From Candidatus Falkowbacteria bacterium (GTDB lineage: Bacteria > Patescibacteriota > Patescibacteriia > Patescibacteriales > UBA12465): DNA of 44,817 bases. The notes under the pieces were generated by a model. The model had not been told where the DNA came from. It made no database searches and worked only from the letters and a program-made list of their open reading frames with translations. Made by a program: the position numbers and the translations under genes. Where the stretch lies: contig CP066698.1 of the NCBI GenBank assembly GCA_016432645.1, positions 86,245 through 131,061 on the forward strand. The letters are read 5' to 3'. Below are positions 19,897-29,530 of the stretch, piece by piece (position 1 is the first letter of the stretch; every line of letters begins with the position of its first letter).

Positions 19897-21168
19897 ATGT
19901 TTGATAAATTAATCCAAATCTGGAAAGCCAAAGAGGTGAGAAATAAAATCCTTTATGTTCTCGGCATGTTGGTGGTTTTTCGTTTAGCCGCCCATATCCC
20001 GATTCCTGGTGTTAATCAAACTGCTTTACATAATCTTTTTGCTTCTAATCAAATTTTAGGCTTAATGAACTTATTCTCCGGCGGGGGCATGGAAACTTTT
20101 TCCATTGTCATGATGGGTGTTGCCCCTTATATTACTTCTTCTATTATTTTCCAACTTTTAGGCATGATTGTGCCACAGATAGAAGAAATGCAAAAAGAAG
20201 AATCCGGACGCCAAAAAATAAATATGTGGACCCGCTGGCTAACCGTGCCTTTGGGTATCTTACAATCTTACGGCATGATAACTTTATTGCGCCGCTCCTC
20301 ATCCGGTATTTTAGGCAATGTCAGTACCTTTGATTTTATTTCAATCTTGATTACCATTACCGCCGGCACCATGCTGTTAATGTGGATTGGCGAATTGATT
20401 ACCGAACAAAAAGTCGGCAACGGTATTTCTTTGATTATTTTTGCCGGCATCGTCGCCGCTTTACCGCAGATGCTCCAGCAGATTATTGTGACCTTTGATC
20501 AAAGCCAGCTCTTTATGCTGATTGGTTTTGTAGTGATTGCTATAATTACGGTAGTGGGCGTGGTGGTTATTAATGAAGGTCAGCGTAATATTCCGGTGCA
20601 GTATGCCCGCCAAATCAGAGGTAATCGGGCTTTTGGCGGCACCAGTACTCATCTGCCTTTACGAGTTAATATGGCCGGGGTTATCCCAATTATCTTCGCA
20701 GTTTCAGTTGTTTTGTTCCCATCCATGATTGCTCAATTTTTAGTTCACGCTAAAACTGCTTGGATTGCTTCGGCTGCTAATGGTGTTATCAGTTTGTTTA
20801 ACAACCAGCTTTTCTACGGCATCATTTATTTCTTAATGGTTTTTGCCTTTACTTATTTCTATACCGAAGTTATTTTCCATCCCTCTCAGATTGCGGAAAA
20901 TTTACAGAAGCAGGGAGGCTTTATCCCAGGCATCAGACCAGGGAAAAATACCAGTGATTATTTAGCGGCCACTACCCATAAGATTATTTTGGTTGGCGCC
21001 TTGTTCTTAGGTCTAATCGCCGTTCTGCCTTTAGTTATGCAGGCCGTTACCGGTATTCAGGCTTTTGCCATCGGCGGTACTAGTTTGTTAATCGTCGTTT
21101 CCGTAGTTATTGAAACCGTTAAGCAGATTGAAGCTCAGTTGACTATGAGAGAATACGATGGGCTCTAA
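19897..21168 (+). CDS. secY: Preprotein translocase subunit SecY
   Basis: Multiple TM helices. MGVAPYITSSII, WIGELITE..GNGISLIIF, LPLRVNMAGVIPIIFA, GGFIPGIRPG, GGTSLLIVV. Confidence 0.99.
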   Translation: MFDKLIQIWKAKEVRNKILYVLGMLVVFRLAAHIPIPGVNQTALHNLFASNQILGLMNLFSGGGMETFSIVMMGVAPYITSSIIFQLLGMIVPQIEEMQKEESGRQKINMWTRWLTVPLGILQSYGMITLLRRSSSGILGNVSTFDFISILITITAGTMLLMWIGELITEQKVGNGISLIIFAGIVAALPQMLQQIIVTFDQSQLFMLIGFVVIAIITVVGVVVINEGQRNIPVQYARQIRGNRAFGGTSTHLPLRVNMAGVIPIIFAVSVVLFPSMIAQFLVHAKTAWIASAANGVISLFNNQLFYGIIYFLMVFAFTYFYTEVIFHPSQIAENLQKQGGFIPGIRPGKNTSDYLAATTHKIILVGALFLGLIAVLPLVMQAVTGIQAFAIGGTSLLIVVSVVIETVKQIEAQLTMREYDGL

Positions 21169-21192
21169 TATTTACTCAAATTAGATAGCAAT

Positions 21193-21220
21193 AAATGGCG
21201 GCTTTTAAGGCCGCCATTTT
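21193..21220 (+). terminator. Intrinsic terminator ending the spc/secY transcript
   Basis: AAATGGCGGCTT-TTA-AGGCCGCCATTTT inverted repeat 25 nt after the secY stop. Confidence 0.7.
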
Positions 21221-21223
21221 ATA

Positions 21224-21232
21224 TGTTATAAT
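21224..21232 (+). promoter_or_regulatory. Extended -10 promoter for the genes downstream of secY
   Basis: TG-T-TATAAT immediately after the terminator, about 40 nt upstream of ATG 21275. Confidence 0.5.
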
Positions 21233-21274
21233 AATCTTAGAAAGCTTGAATATCGAGAGCTAACTTTGATATTT

Positions 21275-21571
21275 ATGGAACTTAAAGACGTTACCAAAAA
21301 TCTGCGCGACCAGAACAGTTATCGCCTGGAACAGCGCTTTAAAGAAATGATGCGCACTAATCCGCGCTATCGCAATTTGGATAAGGAAAACCAAAAATTG
21401 ATTTTGGATTTAATTTCTCGGGAAAGACAAAAAGCAATGCACGGAATCAAAACTTCCGGCTATACTATCCGCCAAGAGCTCTATCATCTCTATCAAGATA
21501 GGATTAAATTAGGTTTAACCTATCATGACCTTGATCAGATTAAAGAGTTGTTGGAAAGTTTTAAGGAGTAA
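21275..21571 (+). CDS. Hypothetical helical protein
   Basis: 98-aa ORF from ATG 21275 with AT-rich leader. No family recognised. Confidence 0.7.
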   Translation: MELKDVTKNLRDQNSYRLEQRFKEMMRTNPRYRNLDKENQKLILDLISRERQKAMHGIKTSGYTIRQELYHLYQDRIKLGLTYHDLDQIKELLESFKE

Positions 21572-21589
21572 TTTAGTAATTAGAGAATT

Positions 21590-22459
21590 ATGAGCGATAT
21601 TAAAGATTTGCCCGGTGCCGGCAATAGTTTCCGTGTTTCCAGCGGCGCCGGTAATTTCAGTAAAAAATTCAGTGCCGCCACTCGTGTCGGCAATCTCCAT
21701 AATTTGGCTGATAATAAAGCCTCTATTTTAAGAGTGATTAAAAATCATGAGGCGGCGATTAAGATGGGGAAGTTTGACCGTTTACGCCAGCTTGGAGCCT
21801 TCAAAGAGGTTAAAAAAATGGAGGGCAGCAAATTAACTAAAGACGACAAGAAAGAAATTAAGCAGATTCTTAAACATTTGGGCGAGCGAAAAAGCGAAAC
21901 TGATGATAAGCCAAAAATTAAAATTCAAATGCAAAAATCGCTAGATGAGGGTTATGAAAAGGAACGTTTGGCTAATATTAAAACAAAAGTAGGCTTAGTT
22001 TCGCATAGCCAGTTAACCGGTGAGGCGCGTTTAAATTTTGCTTCTGATCCAGGATTTAACAATGAAAAAACTGACCGCGAATCTAAGCAAACGGAATATA
22101 AAGAAGTTAAACAGGCTCCGGCGAAGAAGCCGGTCAAAAAAATTAATAAGGCTTTAGCTAAAGCCGAAGTTGAGGAGGAGCCGGAAGAAGAAATGCGCAC
22201 CAAACGTTTTAATATGAAAGAAGAAGCCGGCGACGACCGCACTTCCGCCGCGATTATTAATCGGGTTTTGAATCGCCATTTAAAACCGCGCAGCGATATT
22301 TTAAAAGACCGCTTGTCGCCAAAAATATTTGAACCGACTAAGGCGCAAAGTTATGCGGCCAATGAAAATAAAACAGACCGGCGTACTGATTTGCAAGCCG
22401 AAAAAGATGGCGAGAAAGCTAAAGAAAGTCTTAACCCGGAATTTTTTCAAAACCTGTAA
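21590..22459 (+). CDS. Hypothetical protein with helical N-domain and long charged low-complexity tail
   Basis: 289-aa ORF co-oriented with and tightly spaced between its neighbours. Confidence 0.7.
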   Translation: MSDIKDLPGAGNSFRVSSGAGNFSKKFSAATRVGNLHNLADNKASILRVIKNHEAAIKMGKFDRLRQLGAFKEVKKMEGSKLTKDDKKEIKQILKHLGERKSETDDKPKIKIQMQKSLDEGYEKERLANIKTKVGLVSHSQLTGEARLNFASDPGFNNEKTDRESKQTEYKEVKQAPAKKPVKKINKALAKAEVEEEPEEEMRTKRFNMKEEAGDDRTSAAIINRVLNRHLKPRSDILKDRLSPKIFEPTKAQSYAANENKTDRRTDLQAEKDGEKAKESLNPEFFQNL

Positions 22460-22465
22460 TTAATT

Positions 22466-23299
22466 ATGATTTATCTAAAAACAAAAGCAGAAATTGCCGT
22501 TATCCGCAGCGGCGGAAAAATTTTGGCGGCTATTTTGCAGGCGCTTATTCAGGAACTTAAACCGGGTGTCAGCACGGCCAGTTTAGAAGATTTGGCCAAT
22601 CGCTTAATTACGGCGGCTGGCGGCTATTCGGCTTTTAAAAATTATCCGATGGGCGGCGGTATTTTTTTTCCTTCAACTTTGTGCGTTTCGATTAATAACG
22701 AAGTGGTCCACGGTGCCGCTTTGCCGGATAGAATAATTAAGGCCGGGGATATTGTGGATTTAGATATCGGCATGGAATGGCCGATTACCCCTGAATTACA
22801 AGCTAAAATGGGCGCCCCTAAAAATCCTCATTCCAAACATGGCGGTTATTTTACCGATATGTGCGCGACGGTCGGCGTCGGTAAAATCAGCCATGAGGCC
22901 AAAAAATTATTAAGCGTGACCCAGGAATGTTTAACGGCGGGAATCGCGCAAGTTAAGCCGGGCAATACTCTTAATGATATTGGCCGCGCAATTTCGCAAA
23001 TCGCTTTGCGGCATGGCTATGGCGTGGTCCGCGATTTGGTCGGTCACGGTGTCGGTTATTTGGCGCACGAAGAACCGGATGTCTGTAACTTTGAAATCAA
23101 GCAAAATTCTCCTGATAATTTAGTGTTAAAGACTGGCATGGTAATTGCCATTGAACCGATGATTAATATCGGTGATTGGCGCGTGGATGTGGCTGATAAC
23201 GGTTATACGATTTTGACCGCCGATGATTCGTTAAGCGCTCATTTTGAGCACACGGTGGCGGTTACCGAAGACGGCCATGAGATTTTAACCGCTTTATAA
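22466..23299 (+). CDS. map: Methionine aminopeptidase type I
   Basis: CVSINNEVVHG, DLDIG, GHGVG, HEEP, AIEPMIN, SAHFEHTV. Confidence 0.97.
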   Translation: MIYLKTKAEIAVIRSGGKILAAILQALIQELKPGVSTASLEDLANRLITAAGGYSAFKNYPMGGGIFFPSTLCVSINNEVVHGAALPDRIIKAGDIVDLDIGMEWPITPELQAKMGAPKNPHSKHGGYFTDMCATVGVGKISHEAKKLLSVTQECLTAGIAQVKPGNTLNDIGRAISQIALRHGYGVVRDLVGHGVGYLAHEEPDVCNFEIKQNSPDNLVLKTGMVIAIEPMINIGDWRVDVADNGYTILTADDSLSAHFEHTVAVTEDGHEILTAL

Positions 23300-23306
23300 T
23301 TTGTAT

Positions 23307-23684
23307 ATGAAAGAATATTTAGGCGTTGATTGGGGTGAAAAAAGAATCGGGTTGGCGGTTGGCAATGATGAAATTAAAATTGCCACGCCTTTTAAAACCG
23401 TCGCTAATTTAGAAGAGCTGTTAGCCGTTATTGAGGCGGAAGCGATTGAATCTTTGGTTATCGGCGACCCGCGGAAAATGTCCGGCGCCGCCGCCAATAA
23501 TCCGTTATGGTTAGATTTTATGGCGCGCCTGCAAAAGAAATCGGCTTGTTCGGTTATTTTGTTGGACGAACGCTTAAGCAGCCTGGCGGCCGACGCTTTG
23601 CCGGGAACTAAAAAAACCAAAGCGAGCCGCGATGAAATTGCCGCCACCTTAATTTTGCAGAGTTATTTTGATCAAGTTATTTAG
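23307..23684 (+). CDS. ruvX: YqgF/RuvX family pre-16S rRNA nuclease
   Basis: YLGVDWGEKRIGLAV, DERLSS, DEIAATLILQSY. ATG 23307. Confidence 0.93.
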   Translation: MKEYLGVDWGEKRIGLAVGNDEIKIATPFKTVANLEELLAVIEAEAIESLVIGDPRKMSGAAANNPLWLDFMARLQKKSACSVILLDERLSSLAADALPGTKKTKASRDEIAATLILQSYFDQVI

Positions 23685-23707
23685 GAGTATTGCCAAGCAG
23701 AAAAGTT

Positions 23708-24448
23708 ATGGAGGGAAGTAAAAGAACTTTAGCTTTAGTTTTGAAACGCCAGGATTATCGGGAATATGATAGCCTGGTTTCTTTTTATACTAAAGAATAC
23801 GGTAAATTAAGCTTGATGGCGCGCGGCACTAAAAAATTAAAATCCAAATTAGCCGGCCACTTGGAGCCGCTCACTTTAGTCGATTTAATGATTATTCCCG
23901 GCAAGGGGCGCGATTATGTCGGCAGTGCGATTGGGCAAGAAGCTTTTTTAAATCTCAAGTCCGATTTAAACGGCCTTTACTACGCCGGTTTAGGTTTGCG
24001 CTGGTTTAATCGTTTGGTAGGCGAAAATGAAGCTGACTCCGAATTATTTTATCTGTTGCTTAACTATTTAGATATTCTAAACACTCAAGAGTCGGAAGAA
24101 TTAAATAAAGAACTGGGCGAATTGATTTTTTCTTTTTTTGTTTTCAAATTTATGGCGATTACTGGCTATCGCCCGGCAACTAGTGATTGTCTTAGCTGCG
24201 GCCATAAAATTATTCCCGGAAAAAATTATTTTAATCTCAAAAACGGCGGCTTAGTTTGCGCCGACTGTTTTAGCAAGCGACCGCTGGGAGAAAATACCGA
24301 ATTATTGACTATATCTGATAATTGTGTCAAGTTGTTGCGCTTTATGTTGGACAATAATTTGGATTTAAGTCAAAAACTGAAAGTGGATAAAAAATTAATC
24401 AAGGAAATGGCCGTTTTAACTCGCGGTTTCTTGAATTTTAGGACTTAA
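23708..24448 (+). CDS. recO: DNA repair protein RecO
   Basis: DYREYDSLVSFYTKEYGKLSLMARG, GYRP..CLSCG, GGLVCADC. ATG 23708 preferred over TTG 23690. Confidence 0.93.
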   Translation: MEGSKRTLALVLKRQDYREYDSLVSFYTKEYGKLSLMARGTKKLKSKLAGHLEPLTLVDLMIIPGKGRDYVGSAIGQEAFLNLKSDLNGLYYAGLGLRWFNRLVGENEADSELFYLLLNYLDILNTQESEELNKELGELIFSFFVFKFMAITGYRPATSDCLSCGHKIIPGKNYFNLKNGGLVCADCFSKRPLGENTELLTISDNCVKLLRFMLDNNLDLSQKLKVDKKLIKEMAVLTRGFLNFRT

Positions 24449-24465
24449 AAAGCCTTTATTTTGCC

Positions 24466-24494
24466 TTGCTAAAAGGGCTAAAATAGGATAATAT
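24466..24494 (+). promoter_or_regulatory. Possible sigma70 promoter for aspS
   Basis: TTGCTA, 17-nt spacer, TAATAT, about 50 nt before the aspS ATG. AT-rich context lowers specificity. Confidence 0.35.
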
Positions 24495-24542
24495 TTAAGT
24501 AGTAAAATAATTTATCAAAAACGTGACCCACGTTTAATTTTT

Positions 24543-26336
24543 ATGTTAAGAACACATACTTGTGGAGAACTAAGAGCCGCTCATGTCGGCCAAGAAGTCA
24601 CCCTGGCTGGCTGGGTAAATAGCGCTCGTAATTTAGGCGGTTTGATGTTTATTGATTTGCGCGATCATTATGGCTTAGTACAAACTAAAATTGATCCTTT
24701 AGCCAACCAAGCGGCGGCGGCGATTGCCGAAAAATTACATTCTGAATGGGTGGTTAAAATTAAAGGACAAGTGGCGGCGCGGCCGGAAGAAATGAAAAAT
24801 TCCAAGATGGCGACCGGTGAAATTGAAATTATTGTTTCGGAAGTTGAAGTTCTAAGCCAGGCACAAGTGATGCCGTTTGAAATTAATGAAGAAAAAAATG
24901 GCGAAGCCAATGAAGCTTTGCGTTTGAAATATCGCTTTTTAGATTTACGCCGTCCAAAATTGCAAAAAATGTTGGAGACCAAAGATGCCTTCATAACTTA
25001 TTTGCGCGAATATTTTCATAGCCAGGGATTTACCGAAATTCAAACGCCGATTTTAGCCAACTCCTCTCCGGAAGGCGCGCGCGATTTTTTAGTCCCGTCT
25101 CGGCTTTATCCCGGCAAGTTTTATGCCTTGCCGCAAGCGCCTCAACAGTTCAAACAATTATTGATGGTGGCCGGGATGGATAAATATTTTCAAATTGCCC
25201 CTTGTTTCCGCGATGAAGACCCGCGCATGGACAGGCATTACGGCGAGTTCTATCAGTTGGATATGGAAATGAGTTTTGTGGAACAGGAAGATATCTTTGC
25301 GATTATGGAACCGCTCATGAAAAATTTAGTCGCCAAGTTCAGTGAGAAAGAAATTATTAATCTGGATGAGTCCGGAAATTTTAAACATTTAAGCTGGCAA
25401 ACAGCTATGGATACTTATGGCAGTGATAAGCCGGATTTGCGGTTTGCGATGCCGATTGTCGATGTCAGCGAGGCAGTGAAGGGCTGCGGATTTTCTGTTT
25501 TTGAAGAGGCCTTGAATAATAAAGGAGTTGTAAAAGCTTTAAGGATTGAAGGCGGCGCTAAATTCAGCCGCAAAGAAATTGATGAGTTAATTGATTTTGC
25601 TAAACGCAAAGGCGCTAAAGGCTTAGCTTATTTAAGTATTAAAGAGGGAGTAGTCGGCGCTTCCTTTGCGAAGTTTTTAAGTCCGGAAAAATTAGCCGCT
25701 CTAGCAACTGCCTGTACAGCCACTGATGGCGATTTAGTATTTTTTGCCGCCGATGTTTGGCGCGTAGCGGTAACAGTTTTAGGCGCGGTGAGAAATGAAA
25801 CGGCTGCTAAGTTAGGTCTAAAAGATAATACTAAGGCGGCTTTTGCCTGGATTGTCGATTTTCCGATGTATGATTATTCGGAAATTGAAGAAGGACGCAT
25901 TGATTTTGGCCACAATCCTTTTTCCATGCCTCAAGGCGGACTGCAAGCTTTAAAAGAAAAAGATCCGCTGGATATTTTAGCTTACCAATACGATTTAGTG
26001 TTAAACGGTTTTGAAATTTCTTCGGGCGCTATCCGCAATCACGAACCGGAAATTATGTATGAAGCTTTTAAAATTGCCGGCTATACCAAGGAAGATGTGG
26101 AAGCTAAATTCGGGGCGATGTTAAATGCCTTTTCTTATGGTGCGCCGCCACACGGCGGCAACGCTCCGGGACTAGATAGAATACTAATGATTTTAAATGA
26201 CTGGGATTCTATCCGCGATATTTATGCCTTCCCGAAAGACGGCCAAGGACGCGATTTAATGACCGATTCGCCGAGCGAAGTTTTTCCTAGCCAACTCGCC
26301 GAGTTATCCGTTGAGCTTAAAAAAACAAAAAAATAA
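24543..26336 (+). CDS. aspS: Aspartate--tRNA ligase
   Basis: MLRTHTCGEL, PEGARDFLVPSR, ALPQAPQQFKQLLM, QIAPCFRDED, GAPPHGG..GLDR. Confidence 0.98.
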   Translation: MLRTHTCGELRAAHVGQEVTLAGWVNSARNLGGLMFIDLRDHYGLVQTKIDPLANQAAAAIAEKLHSEWVVKIKGQVAARPEEMKNSKMATGEIEIIVSEVEVLSQAQVMPFEINEEKNGEANEALRLKYRFLDLRRPKLQKMLETKDAFITYLREYFHSQGFTEIQTPILANSSPEGARDFLVPSRLYPGKFYALPQAPQQFKQLLMVAGMDKYFQIAPCFRDEDPRMDRHYGEFYQLDMEMSFVEQEDIFAIMEPLMKNLVAKFSEKEIINLDESGNFKHLSWQTAMDTYGSDKPDLRFAMPIVDVSEAVKGCGFSVFEEALNNKGVVKALRIEGGAKFSRKEIDELIDFAKRKGAKGLAYLSIKEGVVGASFAKFLSPEKLAALATACTATDGDLVFFAADVWRVAVTVLGAVRNETAAKLGLKDNTKAAFAWIVDFPMYDYSEIEEGRIDFGHNPFSMPQGGLQALKEKDPLDILAYQYDLVLNGFEISSGAIRNHEPEIMYEAFKIAGYTKEDVEAKFGAMLNAFSYGAPPHGGNAPGLDRILMILNDWDSIRDIYAFPKDGQGRDLMTDSPSEVFPSQLAELSVELKKTKK

Positions 26337-26347
26337 TTAATAATTTT

Positions 26348-27349
26348 ATGACTAACAATCACAACGCTAAATACGCTTTCTACTATCTCCTGTCTTTAGT
26401 CGCGCTGGTTTTTGTCTCTATTTCCGTCGGGATGATTGCCTTCGGCATCATCAGTCAAACCGTGGCCGATACGCTCGCGCTGAATTCCTATGGCGATTAT
26501 AACGGCCAATTCCGCTTTGCGGTTTCCGCGCTATTTATCGCCACGCCGATTTTCTTTATTATTAATCGTTTTATCAATCGCGGCTTGCAGACTAAAGAAT
26601 TAGATCAAGAGTCCGGTATCAGACGCTGGCTCACTTACTTTATTCTGCTTGTTTCTTCAGTGACAGTTTTAGGAATTTTTATCAGCGTCATCAATAATTT
26701 TTTAAACGGGGAATTGACTTTAAGCTTTATCCTTAAGGCTTTAACCATGTTAATTATTTCCGGCTCGGTGTTTTCTTTTTATCTGTATGATATCAAGCGC
26801 GCCGATGCGACCAAGAAAGATAAGGTGGTTAAAATTTTCTTTTTTGTCTCCTTAACTTTAATCGTCGCCGCTTTTGTGGCCGCTTGGTTCTTTATGGAAT
26901 CGCCCAGAGAAGCGCGCAATCGCCGCTTAGACCAAATTGTCATCAATCGGATTTATAGCTTAGAGAGTGCCACTAACGAATATTATCGCACGAAGCATGT
27001 CTTGCCGAATACCTTAAAAGAAATTACCGACAGCCCGGGATATTACAATTCCATGGAGCGCATGATAATCGATCCGAAGACCGGCCAAGAAAAAGTGATT
27101 GATTATAAAAAAATAGATGCGACTAATTTTGAATTTTGCGCTGATTTTCTCGCCACCAGCTATCCGAGCAATACGGCGACCCGTCCAACCATAAATTATA
27201 GCGCCGGCAGCAAAGACCACGATGCCGGTTATCAATGTTTTAAGAGTGAAGTTTGGGACGAAACTGATCAAGCGCTAGAAGAGAAGTTGCAAATGCTTAA
27301 AGATAATACAGCTAACGGTCAGTCCACAACCGCTTATCCTGCGGAATAA
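26348..27349 (+). CDS. DUF5671-like membrane protein with pilin-like C-terminal domain
   Basis: Several TM helices with SGIRRWLTY and FLNGELT, then R..RLDQ..YYRTKHVLPNTL..DPKT. Family recalled from memory as typical of CPR. Confidence 0.65.
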   Translation: MTNNHNAKYAFYYLLSLVALVFVSISVGMIAFGIISQTVADTLALNSYGDYNGQFRFAVSALFIATPIFFIINRFINRGLQTKELDQESGIRRWLTYFILLVSSVTVLGIFISVINNFLNGELTLSFILKALTMLIISGSVFSFYLYDIKRADATKKDKVVKIFFFVSLTLIVAAFVAAWFFMESPREARNRRLDQIVINRIYSLESATNEYYRTKHVLPNTLKEITDSPGYYNSMERMIIDPKTGQEKVIDYKKIDATNFEFCADFLATSYPSNTATRPTINYSAGSKDHDAGYQCFKSEVWDETDQALEEKLQMLKDNTANGQSTTAYPAE

Positions 27350-27352
27350 TTT

Positions 27353-28069
27353 ATGATAGAGTTCACCCAAGAAAAATTTTCCGGCCCCCTTGGTCTCTTG
27401 CTTTCAATGATTGAGAGCGAGGAAATGGATATCACCGAAATTAATCTGGCCAAAATTGCCGACGAATACGTCGCTTATATCAAGACCCTCGCCGATATCA
27501 ATCCGGAAGAGCTGGCCGATTTTTTGGTGGTGGCCGCTAAGTTATTATTCATCAAGTCCAAAGCGCTGTTGCCGTATTTATATGCCGATAGCGAAGAAGA
27601 CGACAGCAGCGATTTGGAAAAACAGCTGCGCATGTATAAGGAGTTTGTGGAAGCCAGCCAGAAAATTAAAACGATTATTGAAAATGATAATTTTTTATTC
27701 GTGCCGCCGCTCGTTAAAAGCCGCCGCGTTTCTTCTAACTTACCGGCGTTTTCCCCGCCGCAAAAAGTAACGGCTCCGGTATTGCACGAACAATTTAAAA
27801 AGATTTTAGCGATGTTAATTAAGCGCACCGAACAAAAATTACCGGAACAAAACTTGGAACCGAAGATGAATATTGAAGAAAAGATTGCTCTAATTAGAGA
27901 ACTGCTGCTTAATAAAATTAAAATTAATTTTTCCAAGTTGCTCGCTACGGCCGAAAATAAAACCGAAATGATTGTTAGTTTTTTGGCGGTTCTGGAACTA
28001 GCCAAACAGCGGGAACTAATTTTCGACCAAGACGAGCTCTTTAGCGAAATCCATATATCAAGCACTTAA
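27353..28069 (+). CDS. scpA: Segregation and condensation protein A (kleisin)
   Basis: FSGPLGLLLSMI, FLVVAAKLLFIKSKALLP, IVSFLAVLELAK. Confidence 0.95.
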   Translation: MIEFTQEKFSGPLGLLLSMIESEEMDITEINLAKIADEYVAYIKTLADINPEELADFLVVAAKLLFIKSKALLPYLYADSEEDDSSDLEKQLRMYKEFVEASQKIKTIIENDNFLFVPPLVKSRRVSSNLPAFSPPQKVTAPVLHEQFKKILAMLIKRTEQKLPEQNLEPKMNIEEKIALIRELLLNKIKINFSKLLATAENKTEMIVSFLAVLELAKQRELIFDQDELFSEIHISST

Positions 28070-28073
28070 TCTT

Positions 28074-28640
28074 ATGAATTTAAAAGCCCAATTAGAATCT
28101 TTATTATTTGTCTCCATCAAGCCTTTGAGCTTGAAGGAACTGGCCGCCGCGCTTAATGTTAAGCCAAAAGACGCGGAAACCGCCTTGGAAGAATTGGCGG
28201 CTGACTATCAGCGCGCTGACAGCGGCTTGGCGCTGATTAAAAATAATAATCAATATCAATTAACCACCCACGAAAAGCATGCGGCGCTCGTTAAAGATTT
28301 TTTAAAGACGGAAACCAGCGGCGAATTATCTCAACCGAGCCTAGAAGCCCTAACCATCATTGCCTATCGCGGGCCGATTAGTAAATTGGCTCTCGAAAAA
28401 ATCCGCGGCATTAATTGCAGCTTGATTATCCGCAACTTGCTGATGCGCGGGCTGATTGAAGAAAAATTTGAAAAAACCAAACAGGAAAATTTTTATACCG
28501 TCAGTTTAGATTTTGTCAGATTTTTAGGCCTCCACTCCGTTTCCGAGTTGCCTGATTATGAAAAACTGCATCGCGCCGAAGAAATTAATGAAGCTCTGGT
28601 CGACCAAATTATTGAACTCGCTTCCAGTGTTAATGAATAA
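28074..28640 (+). CDS. scpB: SMC-Scp complex subunit ScpB
   Basis: LESLLFVS..PL, LSQPSLEALTIIAYRGPISK, IRGINC, FLGL. Confidence 0.96.
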   Translation: MNLKAQLESLLFVSIKPLSLKELAAALNVKPKDAETALEELAADYQRADSGLALIKNNNQYQLTTHEKHAALVKDFLKTETSGELSQPSLEALTIIAYRGPISKLALEKIRGINCSLIIRNLLMRGLIEEKFEKTKQENFYTVSLDFVRFLGLHSVSELPDYEKLHRAEEINEALVDQIIELASSVNE

Positions 28641-28643
28641 GCC

Positions 28644-29513
28644 ATGTTTATCGATTTTTTTGTCAATTTAATATTAATAGTTTTTTTTGCGGTTAGCGGC
28701 ATTCCGACCACGATGAACAACAATGCTGATATTATCGCTCTCTTGCCGGCTGATTCGGAAAAAATTGTTGCGGCTGATAAGGCGGCGGTGCTTTCTGAAG
28801 ACGGACGCTTTTTGCTCTTCAATAAAAAGGCCGATGAGCCCCAGCCGATTGCCAGTATTACCAAGCTGATGACCGCCCTGGTGTTTTTAGACACTAAACC
28901 AAATTGGAGCGCGACTTATCAAATCACCGCGGCCGATAATATTGAGGGCGGGAAACTGCATCTTTTTTCCGGCGATACTTTAAATTTGAAAGATTTATTC
29001 CTGACCAGCCTGATTGCTTCCGATAACGGCGCGACGATGGCGCTGGTTCATGCCAGCGGCTTGAGCGAAGAAGCTTTTGTTTTAAAGATGAATGAGAAAG
29101 CTAAGGCCCTCGGTTTGGCTAACAGTTTTTTTTCGGAGCCGATTGGCTTGAGCGATAAAGATGTTTCCACCGCGCGCGAAGTGGCGCTTTTGGCCAAAGA
29201 AGCTTTGAATGACCCGGATATCAGCAACGCCGTTAAGATGAGCGAATATCGCTTCCAAACTTTGGAAGGCCGCGAAAAATTTATTGAATCCACCGATTAT
29301 TTATTATTTGATTCCGCTACTAACGAATTCACTCCTTTAGGCGGGAAGACCGGCTATACCGATAAAGCTGGATATTGTTTTGTCGGCCGCTTTCAGGGGC
29401 CGCGCGGCGAAGATTTGATTGCCGCCGTTTTAAACAGCCCGGGGAAAAACGAACGCTTTAAGGAGAGCAAGCAAATAATAAACTGGGTTTTTGAAAATTA
29501 TTTAAAAAAGTAA
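28644..29513 (+). CDS. Serine hydrolase, peptidase S11 D-Ala-D-Ala carboxypeptidase/endopeptidase family
   Basis: N-terminal signal/TM segment. SxxK (IASITKLM), SxN (ASDN) and KTG (GGKTGYT). Confidence 0.9.
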   Translation: MFIDFFVNLILIVFFAVSGIPTTMNNNADIIALLPADSEKIVAADKAAVLSEDGRFLLFNKKADEPQPIASITKLMTALVFLDTKPNWSATYQITAADNIEGGKLHLFSGDTLNLKDLFLTSLIASDNGATMALVHASGLSEEAFVLKMNEKAKALGLANSFFSEPIGLSDKDVSTAREVALLAKEALNDPDISNAVKMSEYRFQTLEGREKFIESTDYLLFDSATNEFTPLGGKTGYTDKAGYCFVGRFQGPRGEDLIAAVLNSPGKNERFKESKQIINWVFENYLKK

Positions 29514-29530
29514 AGCACAAACTTTAAATT

